A stretch of 64,000 nt of DNA from positions 1,789-65,788 of the forward strand of contig CALXQP010000020.1 in NCBI GenBank assembly GCA_944390695.1. Reading direction: 5' to 3'. This document shows positions 10,269-19,105 of this stretch, piece by piece. The translations under genes and the position numbers were made by a program. The notes beneath the pieces are model-generated. The model saw only the letters and a program-made list of their open reading frames with translations. It was not told the DNA's origin and did not search any database. The stretch is from an uncultured Clostridia bacterium (GTDB taxonomy: Bacteria > Bacillota > Clostridia > TANB77 > CAG-508). Every line of letters begins with the position of its first letter. Within the stretch, counting starts at the first letter, position 1.

Positions 10269-11036
10269 TCAAACTTCTTTAGCTTTCACAATAATTCTTT
10301 TTTGAGAATCTAAAGTACAAGTAATTAATGTAACTTCTCTTTCATTATAAGTTACAGGCTCAAGGCAACTAACATCTTTAGGCGAAACTTTTTCTATTGA
10401 AAAAACTTCATATTCAACCTTTCCCACATCTTTATCAGTCAAGAAAAGCTTGTCCCCAATTTTCAATTTTTTTAAATTTCTAAACATGTTTTTATTTATA
10501 AAATTATGACCTGCAATACAGCAATTTCCTATCCTATTAGGTTCAACACCCCAAAATTTAGTAACAGAAATATTTAAAGCACTAACTGAATAATTTTTTA
10601 ATACATTTGTTTCTAAATTTATAGCCGGTATTTCTAATTTTGCACAAACATCGTAACCTCTATAAGTAGCAGCAAATTCTTCTTTAGGATATTTTTTTGC
10701 AACCATCTTATTTGCCTGCGTATTTGACTCTTCATTTTTATTTTTCACTTTTTCATTATTTTCATTATTGCTTGATTCTTTATTTTCCTCATTTTTTGCA
10801 TTATTACTTGATTTATTATTTCCATTATTAGTTAAATTATTTGTAGTAAAATTTTGATCTATTTTAATAGTTTCATATTCATTTTTTCTTTCGACCTCCA
10901 TAGGTACATATCTATAATATTTTCTCACAATCCAAAAAGATAAAATTAAAATTAATATCAATATTAAATTAACAAAAATGTTTTTAGCCAAATGGTTTTT
11001 CAGCCATCTCTTATCTACTTTCATTTTCAGTCTCAT
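10269..11036 (-). CDS. Sortase (SrtA/class D-like, TLITC active site) with N-terminal TM and N/S/E/K-rich linker
   Basis: 255 aa. Catalytic His in CIAGHNF and Cys in REVTLITCT, plus conserved Arg downstream. Paralog of the sortase at 40648-41271. The true start may be the internal MKVDK. Confidence 0.8.
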   Translation of the reverse strand: MRLKMKVDKRWLKNHLAKNIFVNLILILILILSFWIVRKYYRYVPMEVERKNEYETIKIDQNFTTNNLTNNGNNKSSNNAKNEENKESSNNENNEKVKNKNEESNTQANKMVAKKYPKEEFAATYRGYDVCAKLEIPAINLETNVLKNYSVSALNISVTKFWGVEPNRIGNCCIAGHNFINKNMFRNLKKLKIGDKLFLTDKDVGKVEYEVFSIEKVSPKDVSCLEPVTYNEREVTLITCTLDSQKRIIVKAKEV

Positions 11037-11223
11037 TCCTTCATCTTTCCTTTATGTGACATACAAAATTGTAATTATTTTCAAACTTTCTCGTATATAA
11101 GCAAATAAGAAATGGAATCAATCACATTTCTTATTACTATTTTTCACTTATTGCCAAAATCTAAATTAATTAAAAAAATTGTATATCATCTGTTATTCTA
11201 AATTGATTTTAAAATTATCTATT

Positions 11224-12276
11224 TTACTTGCTTTTTACATCAAAATAAAAAATAATTCCTGCTGCACTAATTAATACGATTAAGATACCCATTAAAACGA
11301 ATATATTATTGCCTGTTTTAGGTAACTCTTCAGGTTTTTCTTCAACTTGTTGATTTCCTTCAGTTGTAGGTTGCTGATTCTCATTTTCGCTATTTCCCGG
11401 TTGATTCTCTTCAGGTTGTTCGGTTTGCTGCTCTTCTGCAACTTTAAAATTAAAAGTTTTTTCCGCAATAGTTGCATCAGAATTGTCTCTATCTATCAAT
11501 TTCAAAGTAATTGTATAATCACCAGCATCACTAAATAATGCTTTAACATTTAATTCTTGCAAAACATCTTTTCCACCAATTTTATAGCCTTGAGGATCAC
11601 CCCAACCACTTTGAATAATGTCTTGTTCTGCTGAAGTGTCTGCATTAATTCCTGTCAATTTTACACTAGCATTTGCTGGAGTTGTTGCTTCTGCAATCAA
11701 TCTTGCATGTTCATAGTAATGTCCCATTGGTGAAGAATAAGAAAGTTTCATTTCCTTTTCTTGACCTTTAACAATATCACCTGTATGAGTCAAACTTATC
11801 ACATAATCTTTGTACTCTGGCTCGACTGTCAAATTTTCAACCATAGGCATTGTAATATCATCATAAGTCTCTGAAGCATCTGCATTTGACAAACCTTCTC
11901 CTGTCACAGAAAATTCTGTTGGATTTGATGTTGTAATATCACTTTTTGCTCTAAATGTAACACTCATATTTTCTCTCGCATTAGTTCCTCCTGATGAATC
12001 ATGAAAAACCACTCTTACTTTGTCTGTAGTATCATTTGCTGTTCCACCATCAGCAGATACATATTCAAATATCTTGTTGTCATAAGCAACATCAAATGTG
12101 TATGCACCTAATTGTTTACCAAAATCAATTGTTATTTTTACTTCTTCTCCTGGTCTTACAGTTGTTTTATCAACTTTTGTACTTATAGTATCTAATGATA
12201 ATGCATAACTTTTTCCAGAAAAAATAAATATCATAAGCAATATAAAACTTAAAATTATACTAAATATCTTTTTCAC
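11224..12276 (-). CDS. LPXTG-anchored surface protein with N-terminal cohesin-like domain
   Basis: 350 aa, GTG start with SD AAGGAGG. Signal peptide. VDKTTVRPGEEVKITIDFGKQLGAYTFDVAYDNKIFEYVS matches the cohesin β-sandwich signature. C-terminal Q/E/P-rich stalk, then LPKTG + TM + KSK tail. Confidence 0.7.
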   Translation of the reverse strand: MKKIFSIILSFILLMIFIFSGKSYALSLDTISTKVDKTTVRPGEEVKITIDFGKQLGAYTFDVAYDNKIFEYVSADGGTANDTTDKVRVVFHDSSGGTNARENMSVTFRAKSDITTSNPTEFSVTGEGLSNADASETYDDITMPMVENLTVEPEYKDYVISLTHTGDIVKGQEKEMKLSYSSPMGHYYEHARLIAEATTPANASVKLTGINADTSAEQDIIQSGWGDPQGYKIGGKDVLQELNVKALFSDAGDYTITLKLIDRDNSDATIAEKTFNFKVAEEQQTEQPEENQPGNSENENQQPTTEGNQQVEEKPEELPKTGNNIFVLMGILIVLISAAGIIFYFDVKSK

Positions 12277-12345
12277 GAAATTTTCCTCCTTTTTTGTTTT
12301 ATAATCCTATTATTCCAAAATTTTAGAAAAAAATTACTAGAAAAA

Positions 12346-12513
12346 TTTGGTGCCAGTTCTCTTTTTGCCTTTTTTGCTCCGCCTCGCTTGGCTAGCCGGT
12401 TTGTGCTGTTTTGTTAATTTGGTGCCGGTTCTTTTCTTGCCTTTTTCTTCCTATCTCGCTTAGCTAGCTAGTTTGAGCCAAAATGTAAAAAAGAGAACCG
12501 GCACCAAATTAAC
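12346..12513. repeat. Dispersed intergenic repeat family A (three cores: two direct, one inverted)
   Basis: Cores at 12346-12371 and 12414-12441 (forward) and 12488-12513 (reverse). GC-rich modules gctccgcctcgcttggctagccggtttgtgctgttttg. The inverted pair can form a roughly 25-bp stem. Confidence 0.7.
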
Positions 12514-12587
12514 AAAATTGCCTATTGACAAACGCCACATAAGTGTAGTATAATTATTGATGTATAAATTTTAAAAGGAGATTAATT

Positions 12588-12752
12588 ATGTTAGCTAAGT
12601 ATTGGAAAAAAATCGGTTTTTTTATTTTAATAATCGCATGCATTTTTAATGTTATGATAAAATTTGTAAATAAAACATCTTTAAAAAGCGAACTTGAAGC
12701 TTCAGCAACATATGTAAATCAACAAGAAGAAAATAAAAATTTAGACAAATAA
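12588..12752 (+). CDS. Unannotated small membrane protein (54 aa)
   Basis: ATG preceded by AAGGAG at 8 nt spacing. MLAKYWKKIGFFILIIACIFNVMIKFVNK... has one TM helix. Not in the ORF track (below 60 aa). Confidence 0.4.
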   Translation: MLAKYWKKIGFFILIIACIFNVMIKFVNKTSLKSELEASATYVNQQEENKNLDK

Positions 12753-12826
12753 CTTGAAAAAAAATAACAAATATGTTAATATAATATTTGGCAAAATTAC
12801 TGTTTTTAGAAAGAGGTGAATTGCAC

Positions 12827-13024
12827 ATGAAAGAAGGAATACATCCAACATATAACCAAACAACAATTACATGCGCATGTGGTAATGTTTTAGAAGTTGG
12901 TTCAACAAAAAAAGATTTAAAAGTAGATGTTTGTTCAAAATGTCATCCATACTGGACAGGAAACTTAAGACTTGATACTAAAGGTGGAAGAGCAGATAGA
13001 TTCAAAAAGAAATATGGTATCTAA
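12827..13024 (+). CDS. rpmE: 50S ribosomal protein L31
   Basis: [45 protein letters not shown]... shows the L31 signature with the CxxC...CxxC zinc ribbon. Start is at the internal Met of the track ORF, with SD GAAAGAGGTG. Confidence 0.95.
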   Translation: MKEGIHPTYNQTTITCACGNVLEVGSTKKDLKVDVCSKCHPYWTGNLRLDTKGGRADRFKKKYGI

Positions 13025-13112
13025 AAATAAAAAAAGCTTTAAGCAAAAACAAATAAGAAAAATCTTTGATTTTTCTTTATTTTGTTTTCACCCGATTTGA
13101 AGTTTCGACTGT

Positions 13113-13152
13113 AAAGCTCAATCTCAAAAAGCTAGAGATTGAGCTTTTTATT
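13113..13152 (+). terminator. Intrinsic terminator of rpmE
   Basis: 12-bp stem AAGCTCAATCTC / GAGATTGAGCTT followed by TTTTATTT. Confidence 0.7.
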
Positions 13153-13232
13153 TAATAGAAATCTACACCTTCCTATTATCTTTCAAATTAGCAAACTCAA
13201 AATTTCAACTAATTTTTTAAAATACTTACATC

Positions 13233-13646
13233 TTACACTTCAGATTTTTTATTAAACATCTCATTCAATTTTTCCATCAAATCAGGCACATAATCCAAAA
13301 GTCTATCAACACAAGAATCGTGATCTACTGGCATCAATTTCACATTTTTATCTTGAACAACTAGAAAAGCAACAGGATTAATTGAAACACCAGCACCTGC
13401 ACCGCCGCCAAAAGGCAATTTATACTCAATTTCTTCATCCTTATCTTTTTTATTATATTCTTTCACAGTCTCTCCACTAAACTCGCTTCCACCTGCTGCA
13501 AAGCCAAAAGATACCTTTGAAATAGGAATAATTGTAATTCCATTTGTAGTCTCTATTGGTTCACCAATAATTGTATTTACATCAACCATATCTTTAATAC
13601 TACCCATAGCAGTAATCATGAGATTTTCTATTGGATGTTCACTCAT
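13233..13646 (-). CDS. ytfJ: Sporulation protein YtfJ (GerW family)
   Basis: 137 aa. Conserved PISKVSFGFAAGGSEF and glycine-rich GGGAGAGVSINPVAFLVV blocks typical of YtfJ/GerW. Confidence 0.8.
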   Translation of the reverse strand: MSEHPIENLMITAMGSIKDMVDVNTIIGEPIETTNGITIIPISKVSFGFAAGGSEFSGETVKEYNKKDKDEEIEYKLPFGGGAGAGVSINPVAFLVVQDKNVKLMPVDHDSCVDRLLDYVPDLMEKLNEMFNKKSEV

Positions 13647-13719
13647 TATTTCCCCACACTCCTTAATTCTATTTAAAATATATATTTAATATGTATCAAT
13701 TTTTCATCAAATATACCTT

Positions 13720-14268
13720 TTAAACATTAATATATTTCTTTTTATAATCAATTAACCCTTTTATCAAATCTAATAATTGAAAAGATAATTCGCAATTCAA
13801 ATTAATTTTTAGAAAATTTTTATCAGAATATGCCGGAATCACCTCATATTTAGCACCTTTTACAGCAGTAGCAATTAAACTTGAAGCAATACCAACCAAA
13901 ATAGCATTAGTTGCTGCATCTTGAATTCCTATATTTACAAACAAGTTAAACTTATCATAATTTATACTTTGCAACAATTGTCTATAAATGAACTTTGCAT
14001 ATTTTTTTAAATATTTTTTTTCAAAAGTTTTAAAATCTTTTTTTTGATTTTCAAAACTAATTTTTCTAATATTCTTTCTATAAATTGGTATCTTCCACAA
14101 AATAATAATATATAAAAAAACTTTGCTATCACTATTTATTTTTTCATCCTTTGGAAGCTCAGTGTCAACCTGCAAATTTTCTACTATAATAAGTATTTTT
14201 GTTGTACAAATAATAATCAACAAAATTAATAAAAATATCAAAATAAAAAGAAAAAACAATATTATCAC
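13720..14268 (-). CDS. DUF2953-like membrane protein (YtfI-like partner of ytfJ)
   Basis: 182 aa with an N-terminal TM. Its position immediately upstream of ytfJ matches the conserved ytfI-ytfJ pair. Sequence similarity was judged from memory only. Confidence 0.45.
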   Translation of the reverse strand: MIILFFLFILIFLLILLIIICTTKILIIVENLQVDTELPKDEKINSDSKVFLYIIILWKIPIYRKNIRKISFENQKKDFKTFEKKYLKKYAKFIYRQLLQSINYDKFNLFVNIGIQDAATNAILVGIASSLIATAVKGAKYEVIPAYSDKNFLKINLNCELSFQLLDLIKGLIDYKKKYINV

Positions 14269-14299
14269 CTACTAACTCTAATATTATTTTTTCCATAAT

Positions 14300-15058
14300 T
14301 TATTGATTTAATCTATTTATTTTTTCTACTTCAATATCACCAAAAAGTTCATCCTGTTCTGTAATAACTTTATTCCTCCTTGACAATTCAAGAAGTCCAG
14401 AAAATGCTGTAACTACCTCATTTTTGTCACGTTTTTTTACAGAAAATAATTTATTAAAATTAAATTTTTTATATTTAACTAAAACTCTAAACATTTCTTT
14501 TACCTTATCTGCAACAGAAAAATTTTCAGTTAATGCAATTTTTTCTATATTTGATGCATTTTCATTAATTTTATCAGTATTTTTTCTAATTAACTCACCA
14601 TATATTTCTGGAATTAATTTAGAATCATACTCTATCTCAATACTTTGCTTTGGCAAAGAAATATTTTCAGGTCCTGCAAAAAATCTTTTAGAATTATCTA
14701 AAAAATCTTCTTTTAATTTTCTAGTTATCTCTTTATATTTTTTATATTCAATAATTCTACGTATCAATTCCTCTTCAGTAATCTCTTCTTCATCATCTTC
14801 CGCTTTTGGCAATAAATGTTTAGATTTCAAATAAAGCAAATTTGAAGACATCACCAAAAATTCACTTGTAATTTCTAAATTCATTTTTTGCATCTGAGAA
14901 ATATAATCAATATATTGATCTGTTATTTCACTAATATTTATGTCATAAATATCCATTTTATTTTTATCAATTAAGTGACATAATAAATCTAGTGGTCCTT
15001 CGAAATTATTTATTTTAATTGAATATTTTTTAGTTTCAAGTGTTAAAATATTTTGCAT
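14300..15058 (-). CDS. scpA: Segregation and condensation protein A
   Basis: 252 aa. The N-terminal FEGPLDLLCHLIDKNKMDIYDINISEITDQYIDY is the ScpA signature. Confidence 0.9.
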   Translation of the reverse strand: MQNILTLETKKYSIKINNFEGPLDLLCHLIDKNKMDIYDINISEITDQYIDYISQMQKMNLEITSEFLVMSSNLLYLKSKHLLPKAEDDEEEITEEELIRRIIEYKKYKEITRKLKEDFLDNSKRFFAGPENISLPKQSIEIEYDSKLIPEIYGELIRKNTDKINENASNIEKIALTENFSVADKVKEMFRVLVKYKKFNFNKLFSVKKRDKNEVVTAFSGLLELSRRNKVITEQDELFGDIEVEKINRLNQ

Positions 15059-15059
15059 C

Positions 15060-15518
15060 TCAGTTACATCTATATCCTTTCCTATATAAATATTGCTCTA
15101 TCTCTTCTTCTGCTGCTCCTGTTTTTTTTGCCTTAATTTTCTCTATACATTTCTGCTCATATTCTTGTAATTCCTCATAATGTTCATCAACATATTTTTC
15201 GACCAATTTTCTATCAAGACCTTTTGAAAATAATTTGTATTTAATTTCTTTAATTGACATTGTTTTCAAATTCATATATTCTCTAACTTGTCTTTCTATG
15301 AAATCATAATCATCCAAATAATTTGCTTCTTTCAAATATTCTATTATTTCTTCTAACATGTCTTCATCAATTTGACCTTTGAATTTATTTCTGACTTCTT
15401 GTTCTGTTCTTTTTTTATAAGTTATATATTTAAATACTTTCGTTTTTTGCAAATCAAATTCTTTTAATTTTTCAATATCAAATTTATTTTCACTTTCAAA
15501 ATCTTTTATAATTCTCAT
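15060..15518 (-). CDS. RecX-like regulatory protein (tentative)
   Basis: 152 aa, helical and charged. Repeated ...YLDDYDFIERQV... / ...KLFSKGLDRKLVEKYV... / ...YLYRKGY units resemble RecX three-helix repeats. Its stop abuts the scpA start. Confidence 0.35.
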   Translation of the reverse strand: MRIIKDFESENKFDIEKLKEFDLQKTKVFKYITYKKRTEQEVRNKFKGQIDEDMLEEIIEYLKEANYLDDYDFIERQVREYMNLKTMSIKEIKYKLFSKGLDRKLVEKYVDEHYEELQEYEQKCIEKIKAKKTGAAEEEIEQYLYRKGYRCN

Positions 15519-15655
15519 TTTTACCTCTTTTTCTCTTAATTATTTTATATTATTTTGACTTTTTTTGCAATATTTTTCAAGTATATTTTAATTTTAAAAA
15601 CTAATACTATCAATAGTTTTATTTTTATAAAACTAATTTTATAGGAGGTTTTACT

Positions 15656-16177
15656 ATGAGTAAGAAAATATTTTTTGCAATCGGTTTATTAATTGTCACT
15701 ATTTTTACTTTTTCTGTTACTTTTAGTTTTGCTACAGATGGTAATAATGCAAACAATATGATGAATAATGCTGCTAATAATGTTCGTAATACTGTTAATG
15801 GTGCTGAAAATGCTGTTGAAGGTGCTGTTAACAATGCCGGAAATACTTTAAAAGATTCTGCTAATAAAGCAGGTACTACTTTAAACAATGCCGGTAATGC
15901 TACTCGTAATACAGTAGATAACTTAAACAATGGTGTTAATAATGGTACCAATAATGCTTTAACTGGTACTCATTATAATACTAATGGCTATAATGCTAAT
16001 AGAACAGCTACTACTAGAACAGCTACTGCTGCTAATAATACAGGTACATTTTTAGGTATGACTTCTACAATGTGGACTTGGCTAATTTTAGCTGCTGCTG
16101 TAGTTGCTATAGTTGCTTTAGTATGGTATTATTCAAATCAAGTTTCTAATCATAGAAAATATGATGACAACGAATAA
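15656..16177 (+). CDS. Hypothetical secreted/membrane protein, N-rich low complexity, C-terminal TM
   Basis: 173 aa, SD AGGAGG. Signal peptide, degenerate NNAxNxV repeats, C-terminal WLILAAAVVAIVALVWYY helix with a charged tail. Confidence 0.5.
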   Translation: MSKKIFFAIGLLIVTIFTFSVTFSFATDGNNANNMMNNAANNVRNTVNGAENAVEGAVNNAGNTLKDSANKAGTTLNNAGNATRNTVDNLNNGVNNGTNNALTGTHYNTNGYNANRTATTRTATAANNTGTFLGMTSTMWTWLILAAAVVAIVALVWYYSNQVSNHRKYDDNE

Positions 16178-16189
16178 TTGAAAATTAAT

Positions 16190-16279
16190 TTTAGTGCCGG
16201 CTCGCTTTTTGCCCTATGGCAATTTGGTGCCGGTCCTCTTTTTGCCTTTTGTTAATTTGGTGCCGGTTCTCTTTTTGCC
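16190..16279. repeat. Dispersed intergenic repeat family A (three direct cores)
   Basis: Cores at 16190-16214, 16221-16246 and 16252-16279 (TTAATTTGGTGCCGGTTCTCTTTTTGCC). Confidence 0.7.
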
Positions 16280-16342
16280 ATTTTGGGTTGAATTAAAGAA
16301 GAGCATATGCTATAATATTTGTGAAAAGAGGTTTGGTTTTAT

Positions 16343-16804
16343 ATGAATACAAAGTTAATTGCAAAAAATCCGGTTGCATATCATAATTTTAATATAGAGG
16401 AAAAATTTGAAGCAGGAATTGTTCTAGCAGGAACAGAGATAAAATCAATAAGAGCTGGCAAAGTAAATTTAAAAGATAGTTATGCAAGTTTTAATAATGG
16501 CGAATGTTACATACATTCTATGCATATAAGTCCATATGAGCATGGAAATATTTTTAATAAAGATCCTTTGCGTGATAGAAAATTGCTTTTGAACAAAAGG
16601 GAACTTAACAAACTTTTTGGAAAAGTAAAGCAAGATGGATATAGCTTAGTCCCAATTAGTTTATATTTTAAAGGTAGTTTTGTTAAACTTGAATTAGGCC
16701 TTGGAAAAGGTAAAAAATTATATGATAAAAGACAAGATATTGCTAAAAAAGATGCTGAACGCAGAATGCAAAAAGCAATTAGAGCTGAAAGTAAAATGGT
16801 ATAA
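16343..16804 (+). CDS. smpB: SsrA-binding protein SmpB
   Basis: 153 aa. Canonical SmpB blocks ([41 protein letters not shown]). Confidence 0.95.
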   Translation: MNTKLIAKNPVAYHNFNIEEKFEAGIVLAGTEIKSIRAGKVNLKDSYASFNNGECYIHSMHISPYEHGNIFNKDPLRDRKLLLNKRELNKLFGKVKQDGYSLVPISLYFKGSFVKLELGLGKGKKLYDKRQDIAKKDAERRMQKAIRAESKMV

Positions 16805-16813
16805 TATGATGAA

Positions 16814-16856
16814 AATAACAAGCAGTAATACGTTATTACTACTTGTTATTTTCTTT
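16814..16856 (+). terminator. Intrinsic terminator of smpB
   Basis: Stem ATAACAAGCAGTAATA / TATTACTACTTGTTAT followed by TTTCTTTT. Confidence 0.65.
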
Positions 16857-16961
16857 TAATATATATTTTTTTATATAATAGGAAAGTTGTACTTTTTTAT
16901 TATATAAAAAGCTATTATCTCTAGCCTTTTGAGATTTTCTATTTATAGCAAAAAACTTAAA

Positions 16962-17008
16962 TCTGACAAGAACAAATTAAAGAAAATTTGAAAATTTTCT
17001 TATTTGTT
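16962..17008 (-). terminator. Probable terminator of fba
   Basis: Stem AGAACAAAT / ATTTGTTCT around an AT-rich loop. U-rich tract follows on the minus-strand transcript. Confidence 0.4.
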
Positions 17009-17012
17009 CTAA

Positions 17013-17945
17013 TTAAGCTTTATTAGCAGAGCAAAATACATCTTTTATTTTGTGTGCTACAGTTTGTTTTACAAGTTCTCTTGCAGGAGTTAAGTATTTT
17101 CTTGGATCAAATGCATTTGGTTCTTCTACAAATACTTTTCTAATTCCTCCTGTCATTGCAAGTCTTAAATCTGTGTCAACATTTATTTTAGAAACACCCG
17201 AAACACTTGCTTCATGTAAAATTTCATCAGGTACACCTTTTGCTCCTGGAATATCTCCACCATATTTATTACACATTTCTACTAGTTCAGGAATAACAGT
17301 TGATGCACCATGTAATACAATTGGTGTATTTGGTATTCTTGATTTTATTTCTTTTAGAATATCAAATCTTAATTTTGCTTCTCCTTTAAATTTGTAAGCT
17401 CCATGGCTTGTTCCAATTGCAATAGCAAGAGAGTCAACACCTGTTCTTTTAACAAATTCTTCAGCTTGCGCAGGATCTGTGTATATAGCATCTGATGCAG
17501 ATACATTTACCTCATCTTCTATTCCTGCTAATTTACCAAGTTCAGCTTCCACAACAACTCCATGAGAATGTGCATAATCTACTACTTGTTTAGTTAATCT
17601 GATATTTTCTTCAAAATCATATTTTGAACCATCAAACATTACAGATGTAAAACCATTATCAACACACATTTTGCATGTTTCAAAATCTGGACCATGGTCT
17701 AAATGTATAGCAATTGGAATATTAGGATGTTCTTCCACAGCAGCTTCTACCATTTTCATTAAATAATTTATTCTTGCATATTTTATAGCACTTGATGATG
17801 CTTGTAATATAACAGGTGAATTCTGCTCCGCAGCTGCATCTACAATTCCTTGTATAAGTTCCATATTATTTACATTAAATGCCCCTATTGCAAATCCTTC
17901 CCTCATTGACTTTTCAAACATTTCCTTTGTTGTTACTAATGCCAT
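17013..17945 (-). CDS. fba: Fructose-bisphosphate aldolase, class II
   Basis: 310 aa. Class II FBA zinc/substrate motifs (IAIHLDHG, LHGASTV) and conserved layout. Confidence 0.95.
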   Translation of the reverse strand: MALVTTKEMFEKSMREGFAIGAFNVNNMELIQGIVDAAAEQNSPVILQASSSAIKYARINYLMKMVEAAVEEHPNIPIAIHLDHGPDFETCKMCVDNGFTSVMFDGSKYDFEENIRLTKQVVDYAHSHGVVVEAELGKLAGIEDEVNVSASDAIYTDPAQAEEFVKRTGVDSLAIAIGTSHGAYKFKGEAKLRFDILKEIKSRIPNTPIVLHGASTVIPELVEMCNKYGGDIPGAKGVPDEILHEASVSGVSKINVDTDLRLAMTGGIRKVFVEEPNAFDPRKYLTPARELVKQTVAHKIKDVFCSANKA

Positions 17946-18147
17946 TTAAAATCACTCCTTTTCATTTATTGCTTTCATTTTATTTCTAATTCATTTTTTT
18001 GTCAATAATTTTGGAGTAATATTTTTCGCAATAAAAATTTTTAATATCTTTTTATTTGTGAATAAAAATTATTTTTTTCCAAATAAATTTTACTTTTTCA
18101 ATTCTTCACAATAAAAAGTTAGTTAAAATATTTTAAATTGCAAAATG

Positions 18148-18312
18148 TTATTCACAACACTCATAACTTCCACACATAGACTCATCTGCTTTTCTTGTAT
18201 TTGTATTTTGTCTAGGTAAAACTTGTATTGAATGTAAAGTACATCTTTTATTTGTACTATCTTGATATACACAACTTTCTACTGAACATTGAATTTTTTG
18301 ATTATCTTCCAT
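18148..18312 (-). CDS. DUF1540-like small Cys-rich protein (54 aa), unannotated in the ORF track
   Basis: MEDNQKIQCSVESCVYQDSTNKRCTLHSIQVLPRQNTNTRKADESMCGSYECCE. The C..C...C repeats are typical of DUF1540 small sporulation-associated proteins. Confidence 0.55.
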   Translation of the reverse strand: MEDNQKIQCSVESCVYQDSTNKRCTLHSIQVLPRQNTNTRKADESMCGSYECCE

Positions 18313-18692
18313 AATAAATTCCATTCCTTTCTAAGGACTAATAGGTAAAAACAATTTATTTTAAACTATTTTCCTTATAATATAAATTTCTGGCCTTTTT
18401 ACACTAGATGTCACATACACTATTATTCCATTTATTCTAGTTTCTATTCTCAAATATTTTTCTATTTATTATATTTTGTATAAAAAAACATTTCTTATAT
18501 TAATATATAAATACTTTCCTATTATCTTAAAAGCATTTCTCACACAAAGCATATTTTTCGATTTTTTTCATATAATAATATCATAAAATTAATAACTCAA
18601 AATATAATCAGTCAAAATATAAGGCATAATTGGTTTATAGGTAAAATCCATTTATAAAAACCTAAATATATTATAAAGGAATAAAATTTATT

Positions 18693-18974
18693 ATGGCTTC
18701 AAAAATCGTATTATTAAGTAAAGAAAATGGCGAAATATCTAATTTTTTAAATAAATTTTATAATTCAAATATCAATGTTCCAAATGTATTAACTTGGAAA
18801 AAAGAATTTACTAATCCTGTTGAAATTTCCGAATTTATTGCAGCATTTACTGATAATATGAATTCATTTAATATTAAAATGTGGATTTCGCTTGATAAAG
18901 ATGTTTTTATCAAAATCTCTAACTCTAATGCAAATAATGTTATAAAATATTTATTTGAAAGATATCCTTATTAA
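18693..18974 (+). CDS. Hypothetical protein (93 aa)
   Basis: ORF in an AT-rich island with a weak SD. No recognisable domain. Confidence 0.35.
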   Translation: MASKIVLLSKENGEISNFLNKFYNSNINVPNVLTWKKEFTNPVEISEFIAAFTDNMNSFNIKMWISLDKDVFIKISNSNANNVIKYLFERYPY

Positions 18975-18984
18975 ATTTATCCTT

Positions 18985-19105
18985 TATGTGATTTTGCTTA
19001 TTAATAATCAGCTTAAACTAGGTAATTTTAAGTGATTTTATTATTAACCATTAACTCGAATTAGGCGATTTTAAATAATTTCATTACTAACAATTAATTC
19101 GAATT
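18985..19105. repeat. Three tandem roughly 41-bp repeats (…CGAATTAGGCGATTTTAAATAATTTCATTACTAACAATTAATT…)
   Basis: Tandem units downstream of the hypothetical gene, overlapping the recN 3' end. Confidence 0.4.

Noticed and set aside
12346-12513. Possible CRISPR array suggested by repeated 28-bp cores with roughly 45-bp intervening segments.
   Set aside because: Only 2-3 cores per locus. The 'spacers' are homologous to each other across loci. The cores occur in mixed orientation. There are no cas genes. It is a dispersed repeat family instead.
16805-17012. tmRNA (ssrA) expected downstream of smpB.
   Set aside because: No tRNA-like acceptor, no T-arm (GGTTCGA…) and no tag-reading frame is present. 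Only a terminator hairpin, then the convergent fba gene.
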